Origin: Clostridia bacterium
GTDB lineage: Bacteria > Bacillota > Clostridia > Christensenellales > DTU072
Assembly (NCBI GenBank): GCA_035409945.1
Contig: DAONQC010000006.1
Coordinates: forward strand, 12,570-76,569
DNA length: 64,000 bases
Reading direction: 5' to 3'
The notes under the pieces are model-generated. The model was given only the letters and a program-made list of their open reading frames with translations. It did not search any database and was not told the DNA's origin. Below, in pieces: positions 53,584 through 63,558 of the stretch (position 1 is its first letter; each line of letters begins with the position of its first letter). The position numbers and the translations under genes are program-made.

Positions 53584-54975
53584 TTAATTTGCAGTTATAG
53601 TGTATCCTTCTTTGGTATCGATTATGGTAAATCCTTTGGAGTTAATAATACTACGTATCTCATCAGCCAGTGCCCAGTTTCTATCTTTTTTAGCATTTGC
53701 ACGTTTTTCTGCTAGTTCTAAAATCTCATTTGGGATGGCACTAACAGGCTCTTCTTTAGCAGGTTCAAGCTCCGCAAATGAAAGCCCAAATATATTATCA
53801 AAGTAAATTGCCAAATCAAATATGTCTTTTGATTTAGGTTCCTTAATTGCTTCAAACAGTATACCCAAAGCTTTTGGTGCATTGATATCGTCAAACACTG
53901 CGTTGGTGAATAGCTTTTTATATTTTTCAATAACTTTAGGGTCGGTTTTAGCACTTGATTCTTTATGGGCGAGAAGGGCGTTATTTAACCTTTCACGTGC
54001 TACCTTTGCAGCATCCATAGATTCAAAGGTGAAGTTTAACTTCTTACGATAATGTGCATTTAAGCAGAAAAATCTAAAATCTAAAGGGGAGTAACCTTTA
54101 GCTTCTAAATCAGATACGGTGTAGATATTGCCTAGTGACTTACTCATCTTGCCACCGTCAACCTGCATAAATTCGCCGTGCATCCAGAAGTTTACAGACT
54201 TAGCACCAGTGAGCGCTTCGTTTTGTGCAATCTCATTTTCGTGGTGAATTGGTATATGATCTACTCCTCCGCTGTGTATATCGAAATAATCGCCTAAGTA
54301 TTTTTGGCTCATAGCAGAACACTCTATGTGCCAACCAGGATATCCCATGCCCCATGGGCTAGGCCACTGCATGATATGTCCAGGTTCAGCCTTTTTCCAA
54401 ACAGCGAAGTCATCTGGATTATGTTTTTCAGTATTAATTTCAATTCTTGCACCTGCAAGTTGCTCTTCGCGTTTTTTACCACTTAAGCATCCATATGTTG
54501 GGAATTTTGCAATGTCAAAATATATGCCATCACTGGTTTCATATGCAAACCCATGTTTTAGCAGTTCTTCTACGAAAACTATCATATCTTCAATATGGTC
54601 AGTTGCTTTGGAGATGATTTCAGGTGTTTCAATGTTTAGCTTTTTTAGGTCTTCAAAAAACACATCGGAATAATACTTAGCAATTTCATAAGGGGTTTTT
54701 TGTTGTTCCTTACTAGCTTTAACCATCTTATCTTCGCCATCATCGCTATCTGCCATTAGATGACCGACATCTGTTATATTCATAACTCCTTTGATTTTAT
54801 ATCCTGCAAGTTTTAATGTCCTTCTGATTAAGTCCATGAAAATATATGTTCTAAGATTACCTATGTGTGCATAGTTATATACAGTAGGGCCACAGGAATA
54901 CATACGTACAGTGTCACCTTCAATAGGTGTGAATATTTCCTTTTTGCGAGTCATTGTGTTATAAAACTTTAACAT
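53584..54975 (-). CDS. cysS: Cysteine--tRNA ligase
   Basis: HIGN (HIGH) motif in CGPTVYNYAHIGNLR, KMSKS motif, Zn-binding Cys. The MLKFYNT start follows AGGAGAG; the ORF-track start at 55047 is too far upstream. Confidence 0.95.
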   Translation of the reverse strand: MLKFYNTMTRKKEIFTPIEGDTVRMYSCGPTVYNYAHIGNLRTYIFMDLIRRTLKLAGYKIKGVMNITDVGHLMADSDDGEDKMVKASKEQQKTPYEIAKYYSDVFFEDLKKLNIETPEIISKATDHIEDMIVFVEELLKHGFAYETSDGIYFDIAKFPTYGCLSGKKREEQLAGARIEINTEKHNPDDFAVWKKAEPGHIMQWPSPWGMGYPGWHIECSAMSQKYLGDYFDIHSGGVDHIPIHHENEIAQNEALTGAKSVNFWMHGEFMQVDGGKMSKSLGNIYTVSDLEAKGYSPLDFRFFCLNAHYRKKLNFTFESMDAAKVARERLNNALLAHKESSAKTDPKVIEKYKKLFTNAVFDDINAPKALGILFEAIKEPKSKDIFDLAIYFDNIFGLSFAELEPAKEEPVSAIPNEILELAEKRANAKKDRNWALADEIRSIINSKGFTIIDTKEGYTITAN

Positions 54976-55020
54976 TATTTCTCTCCTGATAATTTGATGA
55001 TAAATGGTCTCTTGGCTAAA

Positions 55021-55195
55021 TGGATTTTCTTTATGGCTCTTTAACATACATTCTTAGCCATTGTTTGGTAGATTCGAAGAAGTAATGGGCACCATCTAAT
55101 ATTTGAATTTTTCTCTATAGTATAGTCTAGATAATTTACTACTTCTTTAGGTATGTAGTATCTAAAGCATTAAAGCACCAGATTTTGAAAGATGG
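55021..55195 (-). repeat. 3' echo(es) of cysE filling the cysE-cysS spacer
   Basis: TTTTTCTCTATAGTATAGTCTAGATAATTTACTACTTCTTTAGG (55108-) versus the real end TTTCTTTCTCTGCCGTATAGTCTGGTTTATTTGCTGCTTCTTCAG (55211-), period 104. A possible weaker second copy lies at 55021-55095. Confidence 0.7.
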
Positions 55196-55894
55196 TTATT
55201 TTTCTGACTTTTCTTTCTCTGCCGTATAGTCTGGTTTATTTGCTGCTTCTTCAGTCATTGAATATTTAGAGCAGTTGAGACCTAGTTTTTCTTCTATGCA
55301 GTTAATTCTATCTCTAATTTTTGCAAACTCCTCTAATACCGGGTCGGGGACAAATTGATCCATGTCTTGGTATTTATTGCCGTTCATCCTCACAACTCTA
55401 CCTGGAACTCCAACAACTGTACAATTAGGTGGAACGTCTTTTAGCACCACGCTTCCTGCACCAACTTTTGACCCTGCTCCGATTGTGACTGGACCGAGTA
55501 TTTTAGCACCTGATGAAATCATTACATTATCGCCAATAGTGGGGTGACGTTTGCCAGTGCCTTTACCAGTACCTCCAAGAGTTACTCCTTGGTAGATAGT
55601 AACATTTTTACCAATTTCTGCAGTTTCTCCGATAACTACACCGTGTCCATGGTCTATGAATAAACCTTCGCCTATTTTTGCAGCTGGGTGAATTTCTATA
55701 CCAGTGCGCCTTGCAGCTCTTTGGCTAATTAGCCTTGCTAGTAAATAAAATTTTTTAGCGTGTAATTTGTGAGCTGTTCTATATGCGCGCAGTGCTTTTA
55801 CGCCGTTATATGTTAATCTTACCTCCAGCCTAGAACGTGCGGCAGGGTCTCTTTCCATTACTGCATCTATATCTTTTTTCAGTAAACTAGCCAT
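55196..55894 (-). CDS. cysE: Serine O-acetyltransferase
   Basis: N-terminal SATase helix region, hexapeptide repeats, and [16 protein letters not shown]. Confidence 0.9.
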   Translation of the reverse strand: MASLLKKDIDAVMERDPAARSRLEVRLTYNGVKALRAYRTAHKLHAKKFYLLARLISQRAARRTGIEIHPAAKIGEGLFIDHGHGVVIGETAEIGKNVTIYQGVTLGGTGKGTGKRHPTIGDNVMISSGAKILGPVTIGAGSKVGAGSVVLKDVPPNCTVVGVPGRVVRMNGNKYQDMDQFVPDPVLEEFAKIRDRINCIEEKLGLNCSKYSMTEEAANKPDYTAEKEKSEK

Positions 55895-56123
55895 AATTTT
55901 ACCTCAGGTTTATGCTATTTTTCTAGACTTAAATATTTGAAAGTTTATTTTTCTCTATGATTTAAGAGCCTCACGCGCGTAATTATAAATCTAGTATATT
56001 GATTATATTAATATCTTAGTTTATTGACAAGCGTTTGAGAAAGGTAGGGTTAGTGACAGTTAGTTAAAACATCTAAAAAACTATGTGAATAAACGAAGTA
56101 ATATTTCACTGTGTTAGGCAGGA

Positions 56124-56161
56124 TATATAAAAAAGGAACTGATTTTGTTAGTCAGTTCCTT
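56124..56161 (-). terminator. Rho-independent terminator after the 56186-57631 gene
   Basis: AAGGAACTGA (56133-56142) / TCAGTTCCTT (56152-56161). The minus strand continues TTTTTTATATA. Confidence 0.8.
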
Positions 56162-56185
56162 ATAAGTTAAGTTTAATTTATTCCG

Positions 56186-57631
56186 CTATGGCATTCGTCG
56201 TGGTAACTGCCGGTTAGGTGTTTGTGGTGAGTAGGCTGGTTTTGTTCCAGCAAGTGCATATGCTCCTTTCTTAGGAACTCTACTCATACCAGGTTGCCCA
56301 GCTTTGGTTGCTTTTGTATCGCCAGCATATACGTGTGGCTTATTGCCTTTTGGTACATATGCCACAGTCTTTGCAGGTCTGTTCTTAAAGAAGAAGGGTA
56401 GAATAGTTAGCAGGAATGGAATTATTAGTAACAAGGCAAATAATAGATTGAAAGTAATTGTTGATTCGCCGTATATGAAGTCAGTCCAATACATTGTAAA
56501 GTAGTTTGAAAAAGCTTGTTTTATATCTGCCGAAGAAACTGATTTTATTTCCAAAAATGCTGGGAATATCATAGTTAATACGCCACAAATAAGGATTAAA
56601 ATGGGCCATAAATGCAGTCTTCTAGATGTATAACTAAAGAGCCTACCTACGTTTATAAATAGTTCAACAACGCAGGCTATAATCATAATAACTAGAGAGT
56701 AAATAGTACCATAAGTTGCTATTCTCTTTACGATAGCTACATTATTATATTTTCCATCTTCGCCTTTTACTATTTCAATTTCATCTGCACGATCTCTTAT
56801 GTACCTCATGTAGTACCAGCTAGGTCCTTGCATTGCATCTAAGTTTTCAATTATATCTACTCTATTTTTGCTGAACAATTCAGTTCTAAATAGGGCTTTA
56901 ATTACATCAACTACAGTTATATCAATTGATTGCATATGTAATTGGTCATATAATAAAACTTTATCTGGGGCAAATGAATCTTCGTCTTTATATACATCAC
57001 CATAAGTGAATTTTTGCTCGTCGTGAATAAAAGTTCCTTTTGGCCATTCGCCATTATTAGGGACTAAAAGGTCATTGGCGCCCGATTCTAGTTTAAAATA
57101 TCCAATTGAGGTTAATGATAACTTGGAGTTAGCGGACAGTGTGGTTTCTATTGGTTCTAATTGAGTTGGTGTTAAGTATACAGAAGAGAATATTAGCGCG
57201 GCAAAAACAAGTATTAAAATAATCATAATGATGGGTAGGGCAGCACCAAAGTATCTGGATTTAGAAAAATATGTTTCAAAGTCAAAATCAACATCTGAAT
57301 AAGCATCAGCATATTTTGAAAGTTGCTTATCTCTTTTTGCCTTTATCTCGGCTTGATACATATGGTAGCTTTTGAGTTCAGCTGCTAATATGTCTGGATC
57401 ATAATCCCCACGTTGCACTTTGTCCAAAAGTGTTTGATATTCAGCACGTGTATGACGAAGCTTAGCCTTTGCATAAGGACTATCGAGCTTTCGTATCTCA
57501 TACCTCATTTCTTTGATTTTACGTTTTAAAAGTTCAACAAGTATTGCCTCGTCTCTTTCTGTCCAAGTAGCATTGAACATTTTAGCCTCGGTCAAAGGTT
57601 GTTGCTTTTTGCTGTATATTGATCTTGCCAT
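56186..57631 (-). CDS. Hypothetical polytopic membrane protein with Pro-rich C-terminus
   Basis: Long ORF with several TM helices. GGAG RBS 6 nt before the ATG at 57631. No recognisable motif. Confidence 0.5.
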   Translation of the reverse strand: MARSIYSKKQQPLTEAKMFNATWTERDEAILVELLKRKIKEMRYEIRKLDSPYAKAKLRHTRAEYQTLLDKVQRGDYDPDILAAELKSYHMYQAEIKAKRDKQLSKYADAYSDVDFDFETYFSKSRYFGAALPIIMIILILVFAALIFSSVYLTPTQLEPIETTLSANSKLSLTSIGYFKLESGANDLLVPNNGEWPKGTFIHDEQKFTYGDVYKDEDSFAPDKVLLYDQLHMQSIDITVVDVIKALFRTELFSKNRVDIIENLDAMQGPSWYYMRYIRDRADEIEIVKGEDGKYNNVAIVKRIATYGTIYSLVIMIIACVVELFINVGRLFSYTSRRLHLWPILILICGVLTMIFPAFLEIKSVSSADIKQAFSNYFTMYWTDFIYGESTITFNLLFALLLIIPFLLTILPFFFKNRPAKTVAYVPKGNKPHVYAGDTKATKAGQPGMSRVPKKGAYALAGTKPAYSPQTPNRQLPRRMP

Positions 57632-57852
57632 CATCAACTCCACTAAAAACGCGCGCATGTTGTTTAACGCGATATATTATGTATTATATAATACACGAAA
57701 ACAAAATACAAGTAATAAAGGGAAAACCAAAAAAGCTAGACTTTCAAAATATTTACTAGTCGGTTAAACGGCAGTTTTGTAAATGCAACTGCAACTTATA
57801 GTTAAGTCTTGGAGCTTAATTTAGCGCAAGAAACATATTTGCTTTTTCGACG

Positions 57853-58008
57853 CTACACATTGAACCTGAACAGGATGACGTCGCCTTCACGAACGACATA
57901 GTCTTTTTCCACTTAATGCGTATTGCTTACAGTTCGATGTTTGAAATATACTCAATATTCCAAAGCTATACATTGAACCTAAACATTGAACCTAAACATT
58001 GAACCTGA
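57853..58008 (-). repeat. 3' echoes of ychF at two scales (58-nt copy 139 nt downstream; 13-nt unit x3 across the stop codon)
   Basis: 57853-57910 is about 93% identical to 57992-58047. ACATTGAACCTAA repeats at 57970, 57983 and 57996. Confidence 0.9.
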
Positions 58009-59077
58009 ATAGGATGACATCGCCTTCACGAACGACATAGTCTTTTCCTTCGGAACGAACTTTTCCTTTTTCTTTAGCGACATTGTACGAGCCACATTCA
58101 AGCAAGGTGTCATAGTCTATGACCTCTGCACGAATAAAACCACGCTCAAAATCGGTATGGATGGTGCCAGCAGCTTGAGGAGCCTTAGTTCCAATAGGTA
58201 TGGTCCAAGCTCTAGATTCGGTGGGGCCGGCAGTTAAGAAACTCATAAGTCCTAGTAGTTTGTATGATTTTTTGATAAGCTTTTCTAGACCAGTGGTTTC
58301 AATACCTAATTCTTTAAGAAATTCAGCCCTCTCTTCGGGAGGTAAATCAGCAAGTTCTGCTTCTAGTTTTGCTTTTAAAACCACGACCTCGCTACCTTCG
58401 TTCTCAGCATATTCTTTAACTTTTTGAACATAGTCATTGTCTTCAGAATCATCTTCTGCTATGTTTGCGCAGTATATAACTTTCTTGGTTGTTAAGAGAA
58501 ATAGTGAATTTACAAAAGGTTGTTCTTCTTCTTTGATTGGGGCAAGTCTAGCACATTTCCCGTCGGACAAAGTATTGTATATTTTTTCAAGTATGGCATA
58601 CTCATCTTTATACTTTTGTTCACCGCTTTTCATCATTGTGCGAGTTTTGTCCATTCTTCTATTAAGGATTTCAAGGTCGGAAAGTATGAGTTCTAAATTG
58701 ATGTCTTCGATATCTCTAATGGGGTCTGTTGAGCCTGCGACATGGGTAATGTTGGGGTCGTCAAAACATCTTACAACATGAACTATTGCATCTACTTCTC
58801 TTATGTGAGATAAAAATTTATTACCTAGACCTTCGCCTTTACTAGCTCCTTTGACAAGGCCAGCAATATCTGAAAATTCTATATATGTATGAGTTACTTT
58901 CTTGCTGTTATAAAGTGCTGCTAATTTATATAATCTTTCATCTGGAACTTCTACCACTCCGATATTTGGGTTGATGGTACAAAAGGGGTAGTTTGCTACC
59001 GCTGCTCCAGCTGAAGTGAGTGCATTAAATATGGTGCTTTTTCCTACATTAGGAAGTCCAACAATACCTAATTTCAT
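57992..59077 (-). CDS. ychF: Ribosome-binding ATPase YchF
   Basis: GIVGLPNVGKST P-loop, TGS-like C-terminal domain ending EGDVILFRFNV. Confidence 0.95.
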   Translation of the reverse strand: MKLGIVGLPNVGKSTIFNALTSAGAAVANYPFCTINPNIGVVEVPDERLYKLAALYNSKKVTHTYIEFSDIAGLVKGASKGEGLGNKFLSHIREVDAIVHVVRCFDDPNITHVAGSTDPIRDIEDINLELILSDLEILNRRMDKTRTMMKSGEQKYKDEYAILEKIYNTLSDGKCARLAPIKEEEQPFVNSLFLLTTKKVIYCANIAEDDSEDNDYVQKVKEYAENEGSEVVVLKAKLEAELADLPPEERAEFLKELGIETTGLEKLIKKSYKLLGLMSFLTAGPTESRAWTIPIGTKAPQAAGTIHTDFERGFIRAEVIDYDTLLECGSYNVAKEKGKVRSEGKDYVVREGDVILFRFNV

Positions 59078-59106
59078 TTATTTTTTCACCTCGTATAATA
59101 TATTAA

Positions 59107-59241
59107 ATTCTTCGTTTAGGAAGGTTATGCTTTATTAAATTTATCCATATTAGCAACAAAGTTTTTACGAGCCTCTCTAGTATTATCTACTTTCTTCCAA
59201 GGGATTGACAGCTCTTCTACAATCTCTGCCGTATACCTTTG
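59107..59241 (-). repeat. 3' echo of the sigH-like gene (135 nt, 148-nt period, reading frame preserved)
   Basis: The echo translates QRYTAEIVEELSIPWKKVDNTREARKNFVANMDKFNKA*, versus the real QGYTYAEIAEELSIPQKKVDNTIMASKKKIAANMDKLNKA*. Confidence 0.9.
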
Positions 59242-59272
59242 ATACTATATCAAGCTCTTCGTTGTAGGAAGG

Positions 59273-59842
59273 CTATGCTTTATTAAGCTTATCCATATTT
59301 GCTGCAATTTTTTTCTTACTAGCCATTATGGTGTTATCTACTTTCTTTTGAGGAATCGACAGTTCTTCTGCAATCTCTGCATATGTATATCCTTGTACGT
59401 ATAGAGACCAAACTTCAAGTTGAAGGGGGGATAGAATATCTTTTAATATGTGGGAAACTGCGCTAGCCCGTTGCTTAGTTAATAGGTTTTGATATGGGTC
59501 TATTGTGTCGTCTGCAGTATCGTCTTTTACCTCAAAACGAGCGCTAGGGACAATTCGGTTTTTCTTGCGAAGTATGGTAAATAGTCTATTTTTCATACAG
59601 CGCTCGGAATAGTAATACAAACTATTATATTTATCATAGTCGAAAGTTTCTACTGCTTTGACAAAAGCAACCATCGCTTCCTGGACTAAATCATCTTTAT
59701 CTATGACAGGGGATATAAAAGGTTTACTAACATCAATACAAACTTTATGAATAGCTGCTTCATATTTTTTTATGAGCTGATTTAAAGCTTCTTTATCGCC
59801 TTTTTGTGCACGGCTTATTAATGTTTTTTCATCTACTTTCAT
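59273..59842 (-). CDS. sigH: Sigma-70-family sigma factor, SigH-like by synteny
   Basis: Region 2 (DDLVQEAMVAFVKAV) and region 4 HTH (YTYAEIAEELSIPQKKVDNTI). Located downstream of rlmB as in Bacillus. Confidence 0.7.
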   Translation of the reverse strand: MKVDEKTLISRAQKGDKEALNQLIKKYEAAIHKVCIDVSKPFISPVIDKDDLVQEAMVAFVKAVETFDYDKYNSLYYYSERCMKNRLFTILRKKNRIVPSARFEVKDDTADDTIDPYQNLLTKQRASAVSHILKDILSPLQLEVWSLYVQGYTYAEIAEELSIPQKKVDNTIMASKKKIAANMDKLNKA

Positions 59843-59933
59843 ACTGTTCTCCAGATTGTAGAGGGGCTTACAACCTCTATCTCTAAAAGTATATCACATT
59901 ACTTTTAAACCTTATCAGAACTAATTTAGCAAG

Positions 59934-60665
59934 TTATATCTTATTATTTCGTTGTCTAACTGCTTCGTATAATAAAATTCCAGTTGCAACAGAAGCATTT
60001 AGTGAATTAATCTTTCCTAGTTGTGGAAGGGACACAACTAAATCGGATAGTTTTCTTGGTAGTTCGTGTAATCCTTCACCTTCTCCGCCAATAACTAGAG
60101 CAATATTGCCAGTCATATCAGAAGTGAAAGCATTTTCACCATTCATATCAGCTGCGATTATTTTCACACCTTGTTGTTTTAAGTATCTAATAGCATCATT
60201 GATGTTTGTTACTTTTGCTACTGGGACATGAGCAGTCGCACCAGCGCTAGTTCTAATTACAATTTCAGTGACGCTTGCGCTTCTGTGTTTTGGGATGATG
60301 ACAGCACTCGCTCCTGAACAGTCGGCTACCCGAATTATAGCCCCTAGGTTATGTGGATCTTCAACTCCGTCTAAAAGTACAAATACAGCTGGCTTATCGC
60401 CACTAAGGGCTTTTTGTACAACGTCTTCAAACACTGCATAAGTAAAATCAGTGGTAATAGCCATAATGCCTCTGGCTCTACCCGTTTCCGACTTTGCTTT
60501 GAATGCTTGCTCATCTAAAATCATCACCTTAACGCCTTGTTTTCTTGCAAGAGCAATTGCTTCATTTGTAGAGCGTTCAAAGTTGCCTTTTTGAACATAC
60601 AATGTTTCTACGGTTACATCGCCTTTTAAAGCTTCTAGTACCGCATTTCTTCCTTCTAATAACAT
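59934..60665 (-). CDS. rlmB: 23S rRNA 2'-O-ribose methyltransferase, RlmB/TrmH (SpoU) family
   Basis: DGVEDPHNLGAIIR, LVIGGEGEGL, and SLNASVATGILLYE SpoU motifs. mrnC-rlmB synteny. Confidence 0.85.
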   Translation of the reverse strand: MLLEGRNAVLEALKGDVTVETLYVQKGNFERSTNEAIALARKQGVKVMILDEQAFKAKSETGRARGIMAITTDFTYAVFEDVVQKALSGDKPAVFVLLDGVEDPHNLGAIIRVADCSGASAVIIPKHRSASVTEIVIRTSAGATAHVPVAKVTNINDAIRYLKQQGVKIIAADMNGENAFTSDMTGNIALVIGGEGEGLHELPRKLSDLVVSLPQLGKINSLNASVATGILLYEAVRQRNNKI

Positions 60666-60722
60666 AATTCCCTCGTATACAACACTGTTATGAATTTAAC
60701 CAATATATGGTTAACAATATTG
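60666..60722 (-). promoter_or_regulatory. Conserved hairpin 5' leader, copy D (upstream of rlmB)
   Basis: Sense strand reads CAATATTGTTAACCATATATTGGTTAAATTCATAACAGTGTTGTATACGAGGGAATTATG. Inner stem 60696-60702 / 60708-60714. The outer stem is kept through G-U pairs. Confidence 0.7.
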
Positions 60723-60760
60723 TTTATATTTTATTTAAATCGTAGCTTAACGCTAATGCT

Positions 60761-61180
60761 TTAATTCGTGTTCGGGTATGCAATCTCCATTAAGCTTGCT
60801 AGTCTTTCATCTTGCCCAGTGAGATATAGATAACCAATTAGACCTTCAAAACCAGATGCTAGGTTATATTCTGCTACTGAGCTATGTTTAGGTACATTGG
60901 GGTTACAGGAGTTTCTACATCTTTTAAAAATGGTAGATTCGTCTTCAGTCAGTATGCTTTCGATGTTTTTAATAGCAACAGCTTGTGCGGGAGCACTGAC
61001 TTCCTTAGAGGCAATACTATGTAAAACCCTAATTTTACATTTTTTACATGTGGCAAGTCTGGACCTTACATATACTGAATGAACCGAGTCCCCAACATAC
61101 GCGAGCACATCTGCAGAAAGCAGGGCAGCTTCTTCATTTTTTAGGGGTTGTTTATGCCTTGGCATATATTGTTCATTCAT
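60761..61180 (-). CDS. mrnC: Mini-ribonuclease III
   Basis: LAYVGDSVHSVYVR RNase III-like signature, about 140 aa, synteny with rlmB. Confidence 0.85.
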   Translation of the reverse strand: MNEQYMPRHKQPLKNEEAALLSADVLAYVGDSVHSVYVRSRLATCKKCKIRVLHSIASKEVSAPAQAVAIKNIESILTEDESTIFKRCRNSCNPNVPKHSSVAEYNLASGFEGLIGYLYLTGQDERLASLMEIAYPNTN

Positions 61181-61419
61181 AAAAAAGATTATACATTAAT
61201 GTGTAAAAACTAACAATTCAAATGAGTTATGTAGAGCACATTGACACAAAGTAGTGGAGTATATAACTTTTTTACAACTAAAATCACTGACGGTTATCTG
61301 CTTATAGATTTTAGATGTTACAAATAAATGCTTGTCATTTATCTATTTGAAACTTGTAGGCGTTTACCAGTTAGGCACTTATTAGGTATGTGTCTGGCAG
61401 TTGGTCATCATTGCTTTTG

Positions 61420-62916
61420 TTATTTACTAAGTTCTTGTAGCTTTTGCCAAATCCTTACCATTGCTAGTGTATCGAGTTTGCAATAGTCTAAAAGGTTTTG
61501 CCTGGCAATCGCTTGTTCGTCTTCTGGCATATCTTTTATTTGTTTAAAAATCCTCATAGCTTCTTCTCCGTTATGAACGCCTTCTAAATTGTCATAATTT
61601 AATTCGGGGTCATTGGGGAACATAGCTGGGAGCACGCTTTTTATGGACATGCTACCACCCATCTCTTTTATGTAGAGATAACCGTTTGTGAATACGTCTA
61701 ATAAATCTACAAAATTGCTATGGATTTCCATAAGGGGTTCAGCAAGATCAAGAAATAGTCCTGCTAACTCGTTTATTATTCTTCTTTCAAAGCTTTTATT
61801 ATATGCAATAATACAGGCATCTTTTGGGATATCAGCAACAAGCTTTTCAGCAATAATACGTCTTGAATCTTCACCAGAAATGCCTAAAAATTCTTTGTGC
61901 TGTAATTTTTCATCTTTACGCTCGATATAATGTAAGGAATATTGGAATGGAATTTGTCCATACGGCTTTGTATTATCAAATGGCGGAATAATATTTTGTT
62001 CGGTTTCAAAGTCTAAAAAGTAGAGCGGATATTTAAGTTGTGATAAAAACTCTTTGATTCCCTCTTTGTCAATAAAGGGCTCGTCGTTTGTTTCAGATAG
62101 AACTTGAAATCTTCTTATAATGTGACTGTTAACATATGAGTCATCATAAAAGTCGCTATATTTAACTTTACCTTCGCTATAATAACTAAATTTCTTTGCG
62201 GTAGTTAATCTATATAAATCGAAAACGGAAGGGATAGGGAGGTGTTTACTACAATACTGCCAGAATGTACAAGAATATGGTGAAAAACATGCTTCAGATA
62301 AATCTATATTTGGTTCATCTGTTAGCTGTAGAACTTTCTCTGCCTGTGCGAGATTATTTTCAACATCAAGTTTTGCTACTTCTACTTCTGAAGAGCAGTC
62401 GGTAATTGTAAATAATTGATTAATATCTAGCTCTCCCATTCGAACATAATCAGAGTTTATTGTTACTAAATAAGTTTTGGTTACGTTTACTCCGCAATGT
62501 TCTAGAACGTATTTTTGGTAAGCGATGTCAATGTAGTATACGTTTTTATCAGACTTTGTGGCGCTTTTTACTTCATATATTGCATAGCCTTTCCCATCTT
62601 TTTTCAAGATGTCAACAGCGCAGTATAACCCGTTATAGTCAAATGCAGCTTCCGCAATTACATTTTGTCCTTCCGATAAAAAACGCTTAGTATTTTCAAT
62701 CATTGTTGATAAATCTATTTTACCCTCTGCAGTATATGCTGTAGTTTCAACGAAATCGCCAAATAGCCCCATAGCTAAGTCGCCGACCACATTTCCTTCA
62801 GCAAACAGCGCACGTAGATTATCATCTATGACTCTTTCTTCTGGTTTGTTTTGAGCTAGCCACGTTATTTTTGGGCACTGGCAAAATTCTACATATCTTG
62901 TTTTAGAAAATCTCAT
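61420..62916 (-). CDS. DUF2779-family protein (Cas4/PD-(D/E)xK-like N-terminus)
   Basis: MRFSKTRYVEFCQCPKITWL start, AIYEVKS nuclease-like motif, and Cys cluster CFSPYSCTFWQYC. Confidence 0.75.
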   Translation of the reverse strand: MRFSKTRYVEFCQCPKITWLAQNKPEERVIDDNLRALFAEGNVVGDLAMGLFGDFVETTAYTAEGKIDLSTMIENTKRFLSEGQNVIAEAAFDYNGLYCAVDILKKDGKGYAIYEVKSATKSDKNVYYIDIAYQKYVLEHCGVNVTKTYLVTINSDYVRMGELDINQLFTITDCSSEVEVAKLDVENNLAQAEKVLQLTDEPNIDLSEACFSPYSCTFWQYCSKHLPIPSVFDLYRLTTAKKFSYYSEGKVKYSDFYDDSYVNSHIIRRFQVLSETNDEPFIDKEGIKEFLSQLKYPLYFLDFETEQNIIPPFDNTKPYGQIPFQYSLHYIERKDEKLQHKEFLGISGEDSRRIIAEKLVADIPKDACIIAYNKSFERRIINELAGLFLDLAEPLMEIHSNFVDLLDVFTNGYLYIKEMGGSMSIKSVLPAMFPNDPELNYDNLEGVHNGEEAMRIFKQIKDMPEDEQAIARQNLLDYCKLDTLAMVRIWQKLQELSK

Positions 62917-63338
62917 TATATAAAGCCTCCTTTGCTTTTTCTATGTAATTAATTCAATTTTATATCATACACTTGTATTAATCTTTTAGTGTATTTACGA
63001 ATATTGTATTCACTTAACCTAACTTGTAATTATGATATTATATCACGCTAGTTTTTATTATAGCGACTAAGATTATTTCATCCATTCAAAATCTTACACC
63101 CAGCCATTTCAACTCTAGTCAATTTAACCAGTATGCTATATGCTACTGCTATTAATCCCGAGCTGAAACTATCGTTTTCATTATGAGGGGCAAACGGGTC
63201 ATAATGCTCGCTGAATTAATTATACACAAAACAATGTCCTAAAATTAAGACATTGAAAAAATGGTCAAATTTGCCAATTTTTAATTACAAAAGAGTGATG
63301 GAATATAATGTTTATTAGGTGTTCAGGGCGTGTGCGTC

Positions 63339-63558
63339 GTTATTGAAGTGGCTCGTAAAGAGGCCTAAAGGCATGCCATAATGCTTGCTAACTATTACGA
63401 GAGCATTGGTGTAGGATAGCATATGCTGTGTGGCTAAGCTACTTTATCTTGGATTGAATTGGCTCTCAAAGAATCTAAAGGCAGGTAGCAATGCTTGCTA
63501 ATCATTACGAGAGTATTGGTGTAGGATTCGAATGTTGTGTGGCTAAGCTACTTTATCT
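63339..63558 (-). repeat. 3' echoes (2 copies, about 110-nt period) of the 63559-63903 gene
   Basis: (G)TTATTGAAGTGGCTCGT(C)AAAGA(A/G)G(T/C)CTAAAGGCATG at 63340 and 63559. A more diverged copy, GGATTGAATTGGCTCTCAAAGAATCTAAAGGCAGG, lies at 63451. Confidence 0.8.

Noticed and set aside
54976-55195. Possible Cys T-box riboswitch between cysE and cysS (contains TAGATGGTGCCC and a TGC codon)
   Set aside because: There is no match to the T-box consensus (AGGGTGGTACCGCG), no terminator with a U-run, and no stem I features. Most of the spacer aligns to the cysE 3' end, so it is an echo repeat.
59107-59395. Diversity-generating retroelement (template/variable repeat) as an explanation for gene-end echoes
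   Set aside because: No reverse transcriptase is in the window. The targets are housekeeping genes. Differences between copies are not restricted to adenine positions. Many loci have 2-4 decayed copies.
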